DNA of 64,000 nucleotides from NCBI GenBank assembly GCA_043228905.1, contig JBHGNT010000013.1, positions 11,470,001 through 11,534,000 of the forward strand. The letters are read 5' to 3'. Numbering within the stretch: the stretch's first letter is position 1; every line of letters starts with the position of its first letter. Shown piece by piece: positions 15,801-29,271 of the stretch. Below the pieces are notes generated by a model. It had not been told where the DNA came from. It did not search any database and was given only the letters and a program-made list of their open reading frames with translations. The stretch is from Azolla caroliniana. Lineage: Eukaryota > Plantae > Polypodiophyta. The translations under genes and the position numbers were made by a program.

Positions 15801-16941
15801 GCCAAGAAATATGCCGCACAACAAGACACGTCATGGTGGGATGTATTTTATAGTGATCAGAAAGAAATTATAGACAATTGTGTATCTGTTGATAATTGGA
15901 ATTTGGAAACGCCATTCACATGGTCGCTGCAACATGATCGCGTAAATAGAAGTCCGGAGCAACTAGTAAATGCGATTAATGACAGCTTGGTCCATCCACA
16001 ACAAAGAGACATTTATGTGGGACCAAGGATGACGAAAGCAGCCGAAGCTAGATGGCAAGGAAATTTGCAAGAGCTCACCGCGGGGATGTTGATTGCAACG
16101 CCGACTGATGAGAACTCACATGGCCACCAATTTTGGGTTGGTAAAATTCTAGAAGTGCTAATGCATGAAATAGAAAACACGATCAAGTCTATAAATGTTC
16201 ATTGGTACAACACCAGAAGTGCAAATGCTTTTATAGGTAAGTATACATTGGAGATGATTGAATGCCAAACAAGAAGGGGAGGTAGGGAGAGGAAGCGAAA
16301 CATTCGCAACACCTCGACCCTTGATATCTCTGATGTGGATATCATCGTGTACGACTTCACACTTACAAAAGCCAGACGATTAAGGAAGTCAACAATAGAT
16401 ATAATAAAAGAAAAATTACCAGGTCTACAAGGTGGCTCGAGTCAAAGGCAAACGAGATCTGCTACATATAATCTAGAGTCAAACCATTTGGTTTATGACG
16501 AAGATAATGCACTGATTGGTACATCCGAGGATGATGAGGAGGAATCGTCATTGTATATTAGTTATAGTAGTGATTCTCCGTAAAGGAGTGATCATGAATG
16601 TATATTTGGCTATTAAGTGTAACTACATTCCGCTTGTAACAAATCGAGTAATATAAAATCATGTGTTTTGAATTCTTATGATTTCTAAAAAATCATTTCT
16701 TATAAAATAACATTGGTTGTAAAGTTTGTGATATAAATTGAGAATGTATGTTTTTGAAATTCGTCTTTTTTTAGTTACTTCTAAATCACGAAAATAGTGG
16801 ATTTTTAACCTTTTTCATAGTATGTTTGAACTTGTATGATACTGGTATCAATGTGTTTTGTAAAATCATTGAAAAACCCCTAAAATTTCCCTTATCCTTC
16901 CATTTATGCGCGATCCTTCCACTTGTGAACGTGAACGTGTT
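12837..16941 (+). mobile_element. TIR DNA transposon with DUF7869/Sola-like transposase, copy 1, both ends present
   Basis: ~36-bp TIRs: AACACGTTCGCGTTCACAAGTGGAAGGATTGCGCAT at 12837, with the reverse complement (2 mismatches) ending at 16941. 4-bp TSD CCTA at 12833-12836 and 16942-16945. Confidence 0.93.
13803..16583 (+). pseudogene. ~926-aa transposase with one in-frame stop at 15726-15728
   Basis: ORFs 13803-15728 and 15735-16583 share a frame, and copy 2 has Gln at the stop. Motifs: CxxC 'YCSICANL', 'IDGMDQ', 'IQLDN..RENKN', 'FLLVGHTHDHI(D>V)Q', consistent with DUF7869/Sola1-like transposases (family assignment from memory). Confidence 0.8.
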
Positions 16942-17059
16942 CCTATAAATATGAGGGTATTCTTTGCAATAAGGGGGAGGATAGATTATCTACAAGAAGA
17001 AGGGAGAAAGAATAAGAGGGTTATAAGAAGCTTAGTAGAAGAAAGGGTGAAGAAGGAAA

Positions 17060-20000
17060 GAGAGCCGAACACGGAAATCGGCAACGGTCGCATTACGCCG
17101 AAGGATCGGAAGGATCCAGAACCGACAAAACTGGAAAGGAGACAATCGTCTTGATGAAACACAAGGCAAACTCGATGAAAAAGACCATCTCACAATCGGA
17201 TGAGGTGTGGTATGTGGACTCCACAATGTCAAATCATATGACGAGCTATGAAGAATGTTCATCCCCGACACCAACGAAGTCGGAACCGCTATGTTTGCAA
17301 AAAGACAAAAGGTCGAGTCGGATATCGACCTATGACACAAGCAGTTCAGCCATATCAACTTCCCACGGCTTTGGGAGATGCACTAAAAGGACATTTTTTT
17401 GGGATTACCAAAATTTATTGGCCGAAACGACCAAGTTTGTGAAGCTTGCCCGCTAGGGAAGCAACACTGACTTCCATTCCCCAACGAGGGATATCGGAGC
17501 CGGAACTAGCTCGATTTAATCCATTCATATGTTTGGGGACCGACACAAAACATGAGCATCGGAGGAAGCCGTTATTTTGTAACCTTCATCGATGACTACA
17601 CTCAACACACTTGGGCGTGCTTGATCTGAAAGAAGAGTGAAATCTTCGCCTGCTTCCTGAAGCTAAAGAACCTTACCAAACGGGAAACGAACAAAAAGAT
17701 CAAGTGGCTGAGGTTCAATGGTAGAAAAGAGTACTTTTTTGACCAGTTCTCGAGTTATCTGCATAAGGAAGGAATTCTGCGAGAATTCTCTTGCAGATAC
17801 ACACCGGAGCAAAATGGTGTGGCTGAACGGAAGAATTGGATGATAGAGGAAGTGGCCGAGGCTATGCTCGAGGAGAAGCATTTGCTGAAATTCTATTGAG
17901 CCGAAGGTGTTAGGAAGGCGGTATACCTGTAGAATCAGACTTCTACAAGTGGAGGAGTGTAGCCACATGAGCTATATTTAAGGATGACATCAAATCTGGG
18001 ACACTTGAGGGTGTTCGGAAGCATTGCCTATGTGCATGTGCCGAAGGAGAAATGGAGGAATCTAGATGCAAAAGCTGATAAGTGCAATCTCGTTGGCTAA
18101 TCGGACGAGCAAAAGGGTTATCAGTGTTATAACCCCCGAACAAAAGAGGTCCCAGTAAGCCGAGATGTCATTTTTGACGAGTTGGATTCGTGGTACTTGC
18201 CCTTGTCTCCAAACCTCGACAAGTCCATCCTGAATACTGAGGATTAAGTCAATGAGGCCGAAATGCCTCCGCACGAAGAAGAAATCGAAACTCTGGAAAT
18301 GAGTTCAATCTCATTCCGGCTATGTGGGCTGAATGAGAGACTCAGTCGGATGAGGAGTCGGCGAGTAGTGGAGACTCAACTGTGCTGTCCCCACGCAAGG
18401 AACCGAGGAGATAGTTCACGCGGAAAGAGAAGGGGAAGAAGAAGAAGATGTTGGAATATGGCACCGACAAGGAAGAGTTGTATAGGAGAGAATCGAACTC
18501 CAGAAAGCATGAAGAAGGACCTCCCGAGAAGAGGTCGGAGTCGGTCACTTGGGACATTAAATCGGTAGAGCAGAAATTGCACCGATCTACCTGCTAGAAG
18601 AACCCCGTAGTTCGGTATGGGTACAACGATTATATGGTGCATCATTATGCGTACATGATGAAGGTGGCAACAGTGCGTGAGTCGAAGAGCTACGCATGGC
18701 CGACAAAGGACGCAAATTGGCATGCCTCTATGGAGGAAGAGATGTGTGCTCTCGTAGAGAACAAAACATGGGACCTGGTTGACGCACCAAAAGGGGTGAA
18801 GCCAATCGGATGCAGGTGGGTGTACAAGGTCAAGTACAACACTGACAACTCCGTCAACCAATACAAGGTATGGTTAGTGGCTAAAGGCTATGCGCAACAA
18901 CACGGCATCGACTATGATGAGACATTTGCACTAGTCCGTGTCTTGGTATCGGTAGTTGCGGCAAAGGGGTGGCACTTACATCAAATGGATGTAAAGAATG
19001 CATTCCTACAAGGTGAGCTTGAGGAACAAGTGTACATGGTACAACCCCTTGGATTTTAGTCCGGAATGAACACGTTAACTATTTGCCAACTGAAGAAGTC
19101 CATCTACGAACTCAAGCAAGCCCCGCATGCCCAGAATGCGAAGATCACGCAATGATTGCGTTGGATGGGGTTTGCCAAGTGGAAGTCGGACTCTTCAGTT
19201 TTCATCCGTCCAGGTCGGAGTGGGCCGATAAGTCTTTTACCTTATGTTGATGATTTAGTCATCGCCGGTGCCGACCAAGAATAAATCAGCAACGTCAAGT
19301 CCCAACTAGCGACATCATTCGACATGAAGGAACTGGGAGACCTTCATTACTTCCTCATAATTAGAGTGATCCATATCCCCGACGGAATATTGTTATCTCA
19401 GTGACATTATGTGCTGAATATGTTGTACAAGTTCGGCATGACCGATTTTCGACCGGTCTCAACACCCCTTGACTAGAATCAGAAGCTACGTCCCGATTCC
19501 GGACCGACTTGCAACGAGAAACGGTTGTGGGAAATTGTCAAAAGCCTAATATATCCTACTATCACCCGACCCGACATCAACTATGCGGTCGGGGTGATAA
19601 GTCAGTTTATGCATCGACCAACCATCGAGCACCTTCAGTGCACGCACCGCCTATTGCGATATGTGAGTGACACTAAGGATCGGGGATTGTTGTACCGACA
19701 CGGTGTGACCGAATAGTTAGTCGGTTATACAAATGCCGACTGGGCAGGTGATGCGTCAGGTCATTGGTCAACATCCAGCTTTGTGTTCTCTCTTTGTAGT
19801 GCAGTTGTTGCGTGGAGCAGCAAGATGCAACCGACAGTGGCACTGGCAAGCACTGAGGTTGAGTATTGAGGAGTTACCGTTGCGACCTGTGAAGCCATAT
19901 GGCTTCGACGGTTGCTGTTGGACCTCTGGATCAAAGTACCGACTCTGGTCCCAATCTACCGCGACAACATTACTAGCATGTAGCTTGCCAAAAACCCCGT

Positions 20001-21213
20001 CTTCCATGCTCACACAAAACTGCCAAAACCCTGTCTTCTATAGAAGTGCATTATCATTTTGTGTGCGAGCGGGTCCTGAGTGGTGAAGTTGAGCTCCGAT
20101 ATGTTCGAAACAATCTGCAGGTTGCCGACATCTTCATGAAGCCACTCGGATCGGACAAGTTGCAACACTTTTCGGATATGCTTGGGCTACAACATCTCGA
20201 CGTGCTGCACTTGAGGGGGAGAACCGGAATAGGAATCGGGAAAATAGGTAAAGGCACCGAAGAAGCAAGGGGAGTCAAGAAGAAATCGGCACATCTGATA
20301 AAGTCGGAACGAGCGGCGGTGGGGACAGATTCACGAAGGACAGAACTATCTGGAAAGGGAAGGCCAAGACTCGGACATGGTTTGATGTGGTGAAGGGCCT
20401 TAAGATTGAAGAAGAATTGGAGATAGCCAATTCAGACAAGAGCTGGAACGAATTGGAGATAACTGATTCAGAAGAGGTGTTCGATTTGGAGGAGCTGAAT
20501 TGATTGAAGGCCAAACGGACGAGAAGGCGGCAAAAGCCAACACCGAAACAAAGGAATTGTCAGGTCGATGAGCGCTTAAGTTGCGACCGCGAGGAAGCTG
20601 ACAAGGGCCTTACGAGCACACAAGCCGACCGAAAGGGTCGAGATGCGTGGAACCAGAGGGGTTGAGGAATGCAGAACTAAAATGGATGGGGAGCAAGAGC
20701 AAAAAGGCATGAAGACACCATGAGGAGCCATAGGAAAGGACCGGCAGACACTGACACCGCGATCCGACCTCAAGTTGAGCTTGAAGTAGAGTGTTGAGCG
20801 AGCAAGCTCGCAATGATCCGGATTGGCGGAATAAGCCAAGAGCTGGATTGGTCTCCAGAACGAAGAACCGGAATGGTGTCCGGATGTGAGTGTAACCGGT
20901 AGGCCATTAGAGGCCTACGGTCCTAGCTTAGTATGTAGGCATATTCTTAGGAGTTAGTGTTAGTTGCTCTGTACGAGCATTGAAGTACATGTCAGTGCTT
21001 CTGACCATCCTTTTAAGGACTTGTATAAAAAGTGCTCATAGAGCACATTGTATGTACAGAGTGTTTATTATTTTGAATTGAGTTTATGTTTTGCTCTTTC
21101 TGTCTCTCCCGCGTTTTGTGTATTCTCAAGTTTCCGTTAAACCTTCATCTTTGTCTTTTTGTTGCTATCTAGCTAAGCCAATCGTGTCTACACTTCTGCA
21201 CATAATGTTTACA
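17060..21213 (+). mobile_element. Degenerate Ty1/Copia element (PR-IN-RT-RH) with 3' LTR at 20792-21213
   Basis: PR 'WYVDSTMSNHMT', RT 'QMDVKNAFLQG', RH C-terminus 'HYHFVCERV...QVADIFMKPL'. The LTR TGTTGAGCG...TTTACA is related to 29272/41205. Many stop codons. Confidence 0.9.
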
Positions 21214-21899
21214 CTAATCAATTGACATTGATGAACCACTCATTCCAATGTTCATACAAAGGAATGGGTGGGCTAACTTGGAATTTGGTGCATGGGTATT
21301 GTATCAAATGCCAATTGAAATCCCAATATGATTTGGATTTCTTCAATAGTAATGAACATTTCTGTAAAGCATACCAACCCAATAATTTGCTTCAATGTAC
21401 TATACCAGTAGACAAACCAATAATTATTTATTTGGAGATTGTTTAAAATGTTCAACTCATCTATCTACTCTTGTGCTTTGCAAATATTGTGCTAGCCCTT
21501 TGGGATCTCCATTAGACACCATCTATTGTTACCCTTGAATTTGGCGAAAGGGATCTATTAGGTATCATCCCTATAAGGTGATCAATTCTCACCATCCCTA
21601 AGGAAATGGAGTACCTCTTGAATGCCATGAAAGTTCCAAGAGGGTCATCATCGAGAATGTCTATGGTTCTTGCTAGTTTAGTTAGACAATTGAATTACAG
21701 ACTTTTGCCATGCAAGTGCCATTGTCTATTCATTCTTCTCCTCTCTTTTTTGTAGCATGAGCTAGCCTTGTGGTTTAGCTCAGGTTGTGAGCTGATGGCA
21801 TTCATAAGATCCCACTCATGAGATTAAGTTGCATGACTTCTAGCTTTGTGAGTTAAACTCATATTTATTTTTCCTTGAAACATTTTCTTCAATAGTATT

Positions 21900-22186
21900 A
21901 AAAAAAGTCTGAAGACTACAAGTTGAAGTTATCTGCCCAAAGGCTTACAATATAGAATAAAAGACATTGTATGTACGCCAAAACCTGTACATACAACATC
22001 CAGCTAGAATGTAAAACTCCCCTCACCGCTGCTCCCCATGAGAACAAGCAACCAACATTGATCATTAGGAAAAAAGAAAGAACTTTATTCCATACTTGTT
22101 AAGCCAAGGGACACAACTAGAGGGCATGCTTAGTAGTCTCCTGAGTTGCATAACAGAAGCCAGATTGCCTGAGATTAGGTGCTACA
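21900..22186 (-). mobile_element. L1-like LINE ORF2 C-terminal zinc-finger (zf-RVT) remnant
   Basis: The minus strand reads 'CYATQETTKHAL*LCPLA*QVWNK', matching the ET..H.L..C..A..VW pattern. It is cut by the chromovirus at 22187. Confidence 0.55.
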
Positions 22187-22478
22187 TGTCATGATATGGC
22201 ATGGTATAGCTCTAAAAGGATTTGAACCGAACCCTTACCATTAAACTATGCATTGTAATATAAAAGATTTTATTTTCATCTATTATTTCACTATAGGAAA
22301 TTCACGTATATTCTGGATTACTCTCGAACATTCTAGAAACTTTAGGAGTACTCCTAACAGTACTATAAATAGAGACACATGGCATTATTAAAAACCAATT
22401 CGGTTCAATGCGAGTCTGAAGCCTCCTAGTTGTTCTTGTATCCGTCTTCATACAATATACTTCTGGTTGTCATCACTC

Positions 22479-22517
<39 letters not shown>

Positions 22518-25500
22518 ATGACTCTCACACACTCTTTGCCTTCTTAGTACTAATCCTCATTCTTCCCCTCTATCTTTAATACTAATTTTCCTTGCCTCTA
22601 GTACTATCCTTGATAGTTTGAATTGAATTGGTCATCTTCTTATCCCTCCTTCCGTTCATACTAATCCTCTTATCCTTCCTTCCTCCAATACTAAATGGCA
22701 ACTGTTAGCGCTAAAGAATACCAATTTGTTTTCTTGGAGCTCTAGTACTTAACAGAAAAGTTTGTGGCACTAGAATAAGAAAATCAACGTTTGTTGGGGG
22801 ATCTTCAACAAATAGCTCTAGAAAAACAACACTAACACATGGAGCTGACGTTACGCGTGCAACAACTTCAAGCAACTATTGTGTCATTGCAACAACAGGG
22901 ACCGAGCACTCAAGGGACTCCCAAAGAACCCAAGACTGGTCTTCCTATGAAGTTTGATGGAAAGCGATCACTGTTTAGAGGATTTCTTAATCAGATACGT
23001 TTGGTGATTCAAATGCATCCTTCTCGATATCCCACTGATGCATCACGAGTGGGACTAGTAGGCACGCTACTAAATGGCACAACTTTGGCATGGTTTGCCC
23101 CTTTGTTAGAAAAAGACTCTCCTTTGTTAAATAAATTTGAGGAGTTTATTAGTGAGTTTAAAGCATGTTTTGGAGATATCGATAGTGTTAGGATGGCAAT
23201 CAACAAAATCCAAAGACTGCGTCAAGGTGATCGGTTGGCCTCAACTTATGCTGTGGATTTCCATCTTCTTGGCACCGATATTCCCTACGATGACCTAGCA
23301 TTGATGGAGAAATTTCGCTATGACCTATATAATGATGTCAAGGATTTATTCTTGACTTTCCCGGAAGAACCAAAGTCGCTCACAAAAGCAATCAGTCGAG
23401 CGGTACAATTCGATAACCGGCTTTTCGAATGACATTCAGAACGCTAGTTCCAAATGCCAAGGACAAGATCAGAGCCCTCCTACGCCTTAGTTGTAGCAAA
23501 ACCTTTTCCAAGGGAGACATATAATGCATCAGAAAATACTCCAACACCAATGGAAATCGACACCACACATCGTCGTGGACCATTATCGGAAGAGGAAAAG
23601 CAAAGACGACTATGTCTATATTGCGGTGGACTAGGGCATATTGTAGTAAATTGTTCCCATAGGCCAAGAAGACAGGTAAATCAAGTAGTCGTTAGTACTA
23701 AACCCGAGTCTATTTCATTAGGAGTGTTTGATAATCCTAGTAGTCCAAGTTTATCCAACAAAATTGAAGTCCTTAGTTAACTAGGAGAAGAGTTAAATGA
23801 TTGAGTCCAACCAAAATAGGAGCTGTTTGGTTGGACAACCCTGAACCCGTGCAACCCATTAGTGGTTCCATTCCCTTGAAGCAAGTTAGCACGGTGTTCG
23901 TAGCTCAAGTAGCACTTAATACTAAAAGTAATCCTCCAGTACATGTCTTAGCACTCTTAGATTCCAGAGCCAATTATTGCGTCATGGATAGGAATTTTGC
24001 CGAAGTTCATCAGATATCCCTAAGAAAGCTTCCTTGCCCAACTTTTGTAGTAGTAATTGATGGTTGTCCCATTGCTTCTAGAAAGATCGTAGAAGAGTCA
24101 GAGCCGGCTCGTGTTGTCCTAGACATTTTGGCGTGTGAAATATCATTTAATATAACTAGTAGTTCAGAGCATCCAATTGTCTTGGGGTTGGCATGGTTTG
24201 AATTACACAACCCCAAAATCAATTGGAGAACAAGAGAAATCAGGTATCGTCAACCTCGAGGAATCTACTCATAGAATTTCAACCATTTCGCTACATCAAT
24301 TGTGTGAGGAAGGACACAAGGAACCAATGTTTGTATTCGCAGTATGAGTGAAACCTTCCCGTATCACGAGTCAACAATTCAACTTCCGAAGAAGTATCAC
24401 CATTATGCCGACAGTTTTGACAAGGTAAAGGCTAGTACTCTTCCTCAACATCGACCATATGATTGTCCTATTGATTTACAACCAGGGAAAGAACCACAGT
24501 GGGGACTGATCTACAACTTGTCACCAAGCGAGCTTGAAGTTCTTCGGGCCTACATAGAGGAAAATCTAGCAAATAGGTTCATTTGACATTCGAAATCTCC
24601 AACTGGCACACCCATCTTCTTTGTGAAGAAAAAAGATGGATCACCTTGCCTAGTCATGGATTACTGTGGCTTGAATAAGGTCCCCATCAGTAATAGGTAC
24701 GCACTTCCTCTTACCTCGAGTCTTCTAGAAAGGATTAATGGTGCAATGTTTTTCACTAAGATCGACTTACAAGGAGCATATAACCTCGTACGGATCCGAC
24801 CAGGAGACGAATGGAAGACAACTTTCCGCACTCGATATGGGCACTTTGAATATACGGTTATGCCATTTGGCCTCACCAATGCACCAACAGTTTTCCAGCG
24901 CATGACAAATGATATATTCTGAGATCTCTTGGACATCTGTTTGATCATCTACTTGGATGATCTACTAGTTTATTCAAAGACACAAGAGGAGCATGATTCT
25001 CATGTACTATTACTACTAAAACGACCACGAGAACATGATCTTTATGCAAAACTGGAGAAATGTAGTTTTGATTGTAAACAGGTGGAATTTCTAGGCTATG
25101 TCATCTCCTTGGAAGGAATCTCTATGGATCCAGCTAAGGCCCGAACTATGTTAGATGTGCAATGCTTTTTAGGCTTCGCAAATTTTTATTGCACGTTTAT
25201 AAAGGACTACTCACAACTTATTTTGCCTCTCACACAACTTACAAAGAAGGGGCAATCATTTGTTTGGTCTAAGGAAGCGGACACGGCTTTTGTGGATCTC
25301 AAGAAAAAAATTTCATCGGCCCCTATTCTAACTTATGTTGATCCGCAAAAACAATTTATCATTGAGGCAGATGCGTCGAATTTCACGCTCGGTAGTATTT
25401 TGACAGAACAAGGCAACGATGAGAAGCTGTAACATCCTATAGCTTTCCACTCGCGCAAATTTGACACCGCCGAAATCAACTACGAGATACATGATAAGGA

Positions 25501-27738
25501 GCTATTAGCACTAGTGGACTCTTTTGCACAATGGAGGCATTTCTTAGAAGGATTTCCTCATCAAGTCATTGTATTTAGTGATCACATGAATCTTGCCTAC
25601 TTCTAGAATGCTTGTGTATCAAATAGACGACAAGCTCGGTGGACCCAATTCCTCACTCATTTCGACTTCAAGATTACAAACCATCTGGGCAAGCAACAAG
25701 GGAAGGCAGATGCATTATCACAACGCTCGTATCTAGCACCTCGTCCTGGTGACCCAACCTTCGAAAATCAAAAGCAAGTAATCATGGGTCCGACATGACT
25801 GCAAGCAACGTTGGTTTTTGACACTCCATTAGATTCCCACCTTATTGATACCATACGCGAAGACTTGAAGACAAATGTTTTTGCTCAAGCTATTCCAGAT
25901 CAAATTGATTCCTCTCGGGCATCTTGTTCACGGTCACAACAACCAGGTACAAATTATCGACAATTCGAATGTCATGATGGGTTACTCTTCTTTAAGAAAC
26001 TTTTGTATGTTCCCAATGGTTCATGTTGACTTCGAGTAGTTCGAAATTGTCATGACAAATACACAGCTAGACATTTTGGTAGTACTAAAATGTTGAATTT
26101 AGTACAACGATCATTTTGGTGGCCGCATATGCGAAGATTTGTCGAAGACTACTTGCGGACATGTGATACATGTTGTAGAGCAAAGATGCCTAGGCATCAT
26201 CCATATGGTTTATTGGAGCCATTACTCATCCTCAACAAACCGTGGCAATCTACTTCTATAGATTTTATCACAAATCTTCCATATTTGAAGGGCTTCAACG
26301 CGGTCCACGATCATTGACGATACTATCGGGAAGACCATGATGCCGAAATACTGCACGCATAACAATCACTACAGTTTCTTCACAATTTGTCTCTAAATTT
26401 TGGAAGCATCTCTTCAAAATGCTCAAGGTCACATGCAACCTCTCCTCCATCCATCAACCCCAAAATACTGCACGCACGCATGATGCCGAAATACTGCACG
26501 CATAACAATCACTACAGTTTCTTCACAATTTGTCTCTAAATTTTGGAAGCATCTCTTCAAAATGCTCAAGGTCACATGCAACCTCTCCTCCATCCATCAA
26601 CCCCAAACAGATGGTCACGCAGAACATACAAATCAAACGCTGGAACAATATCTTCGGTGCTTCTTAAGCTATCAACAAGATGATTGGGCAAATATATTCT
26701 ACATTTTGCTGAATTTGCTTATAATAATTCTATCCACTCCTCTCCTAGGGTTACACCATTATATGCTTATATAGGCCATCATCCTCGCCAGTGTGTATTA
26801 GAAACTCCCGAGTTACCCACAAATCCTAGTGCAGAGAATCATTTGTAGCGGCTACGAAAGATTCAGGCAGAACTATCTACCCACCTACATCAAGCCCAAG
26901 AAACACAAAAGGATTATGCAGATCGTCACCGGATTCCATCTTGTTTTGATATTGGAGATCGAGTATGGCGATTACGACAACATATAAAAACTACTCGACC
27001 ATGTAACAAATTGGATTATCAACGGTTAGGGCCTTTTCGTATTAATGGAAAAAAATCATTTTTCGCCTTGATCTCCCTCCGTAACTACGGATACATCCGG
27101 TATTTCATAGTTCTCTTTTAGAACCCTATCAAGATATCACTATTCCCAATCGTATTACACTACCTCCACCACCGATCAAACTTGAAGATGGACCTGAGTA
27201 CAAGGTTGTTGTCATCCTCGATTCCGAGATTGTTCTCAACAAGCTCTACTATAGTCCAAGCAAGCGTACTTGGGAACCGGTAGAGAATGTGACCAATGCT
27301 CGAGCTCTTCTTGAAGACTTCCATCATCAATATCCAGACAAACCATGTCCTCAATCAAAGAAGATTCGTAACATTCATTGTTTAAAGGGCGGGATAGTGT
27401 CATGATATGGCATGGTATGGCTCCAAAAGGATTTGAACCCATGACCTTCATGGGTTGAACCCTTACCATTAAATTATGCATTGTAATACGAAAGATATTA
27501 TTTTCATTTATTATTTCAGATTCATATATATTCTAGATTACTCTGGAACATTCTAGAAGCTTCAGGAAATTTATTTATATTCCAGATTACTCTGGAACAT
27601 TCTAGAAACTTCAGGACTACTCCTAACCGTACTATAAATAGAGGCACATGGCATTATTCAGAACCCAATTTGGTTCAACACTAGTCTTAAGTCTCCTAAT
27701 TGTTCTTGTATCCTTCTTCATATAATATAATTCTTGTT

Positions 27739-27804
<66 letters not shown>

Positions 27805-27886
27805 TCTCATGACTCTTACACACTCTTTCCCTTCTTTGTACTAATCCTCATTCTTCCCCTCTATCTTTAGTACTAATTTTCCGTGC
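22187..27886 (+). mobile_element. Older, degenerate chromovirus related to 1826-7581; LTRs 22187-22615 and 27398-~27886 (3' LTR clipped by ~20 bp)
   Basis: LTRs start TGTCATGATATGGC. Gag ATG at 22695. Homologous PR/RT/RH/IN/chromodomain with many stops. PPT AAAGGGCGGGATAG at 27384-27397. Confidence 0.92.
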
Positions 27887-27959
27887 ATAGTTGATTTAAC
27901 AACATTAGTTTATTTGGACTACTATTTTATTCTCTTTTGAGGGTGGTTTCACACTATGT

Positions 27960-28110
27960 GTCGAAAACATCACGACACCGCTTTCGCCTAGTAGAACTTA
28001 GGCATGCTCTTCTCTTCTAGCATTGCTCGTGCCGCCACCATAATTGACCGGTTGTTCCGGTGTGTATCGGTAGCTGAATTCCATCTGAATTCCTTTCTGC
28101 TACAGATAAT
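27960..28110 (-). mobile_element. Small Copia integrase fragment
   Basis: The minus strand reads 'RNNRSIMVAARAMLEEKSMPKFY*AKAV'. Confidence 0.6.
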
Positions 28111-28214
28111 TGTTGAATTGGCCGGAAAAGTATTCTTTTCCGCCATTCGATCGTAGACTCTTGATCTTCCTCTCCATTTCCCATTCTACAAGACTTTGCA
28201 GGTTCCAGAAACAG

Positions 28215-29271
28215 TATAGTCATTTTAATCGGTTATGGAGGTTAGAATTTAACAATGTGGTTATACCATGAAAGGTAAGGATGGGAGTCTGCTCAATATG
28301 TGCATGTTTAAAAAGTATGGTAAAGGGTGGGAGATCAAATGAAGAGATAAAGAATTATAAGAATCTATTAGAAGAACATCATGAAAGTCAAGCATTGGAA
28401 CATTCTAAAGCTATGCATCATGTACAAAAAGCACTTCAATCACCCGAAAAGTATATGTGCATGATTATAGATAGCATGGATATAAAAAAGACTTGTTTGT
28501 TGCACTTCCAAAGGTTGCCAAAGGACATTAGAGATGAATGTCTCGTGCAAATGCATCTAGTAGGTTGTTTGACATATTGTCAGACAATAAGGCCTCAAGT
28601 ATTCTTAACTTATCCTAATATCCACAACAACCCTAATTGTACAGTCACCGTCATGCAAAGAGTGTTACAATCTTGGCCAGGTATAATACCGCTAGTTCTA
28701 TAAGTACAACTCAACAACACAACCAGAGAGAATAAAAACTCGACAGTGTTTGGTTATTTAAGCATGCTAGTAGAGAGAGGCATATTTAAAAAGATTAAGC
28801 TCAACATCTTACTAGTTGGTCATACCCATGATCATATAGATCAAATGTTTAGTAGGTTCTCAATGAAACTAGCACGATCTAATACTGTCACGCTTATGAC
28901 GCTATCAAAGTTGATAAGTGAAGCATATACCCCAAAGCCAGAAGTACATCATTTGAATGAAGTTTATGATTTTAAATGCTTCTACATGGATGGTGATGGG
29001 ACTCAATGTAGGGTGCTTGCATCTCTTAATAATATAAGTTTTAACCATTTCTTCCTCATAAAAACGAAGTTCTGCGAGCCACACCATGACGGTGTTGTTT
29101 GCAAAACAATACTCATGACATCAAGTTCACAATGGGAGCCACAAGAAGATCGTAAACTCTTACTTCATTTTCTAGATGCTCAAATCATATGTGCAGAGAA
29201 AATGCCATATGATGATCATAAAAAATTGGCTCCCGGTAATTCAATTGATGAGCAAAGGATATATTGGTTGC
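28215..29271 (+). pseudogene. Divergent DUF7869/Sola-like transposase fragment (third family member), cut by a Copia LTR
   Basis: 'FNRLWRLEFNNVVIP*KVRMGVCSICACL', 'IDSMD', 'RENKNSTVFGYLSMLV' and 'LLVGHTHDHIDQMFS' align with the copy 1 transposase. Confidence 0.9.

Noticed and set aside
12839-16939. CACTA/Chapaev/Transib assignment using CAC...GTG termini
   Set aside because: Those boundaries give no TSD. Extending to AACAC...GTGTT gives exact 4-bp TSDs in two independent elements, and the protein lacks recognisable CACTA motifs.
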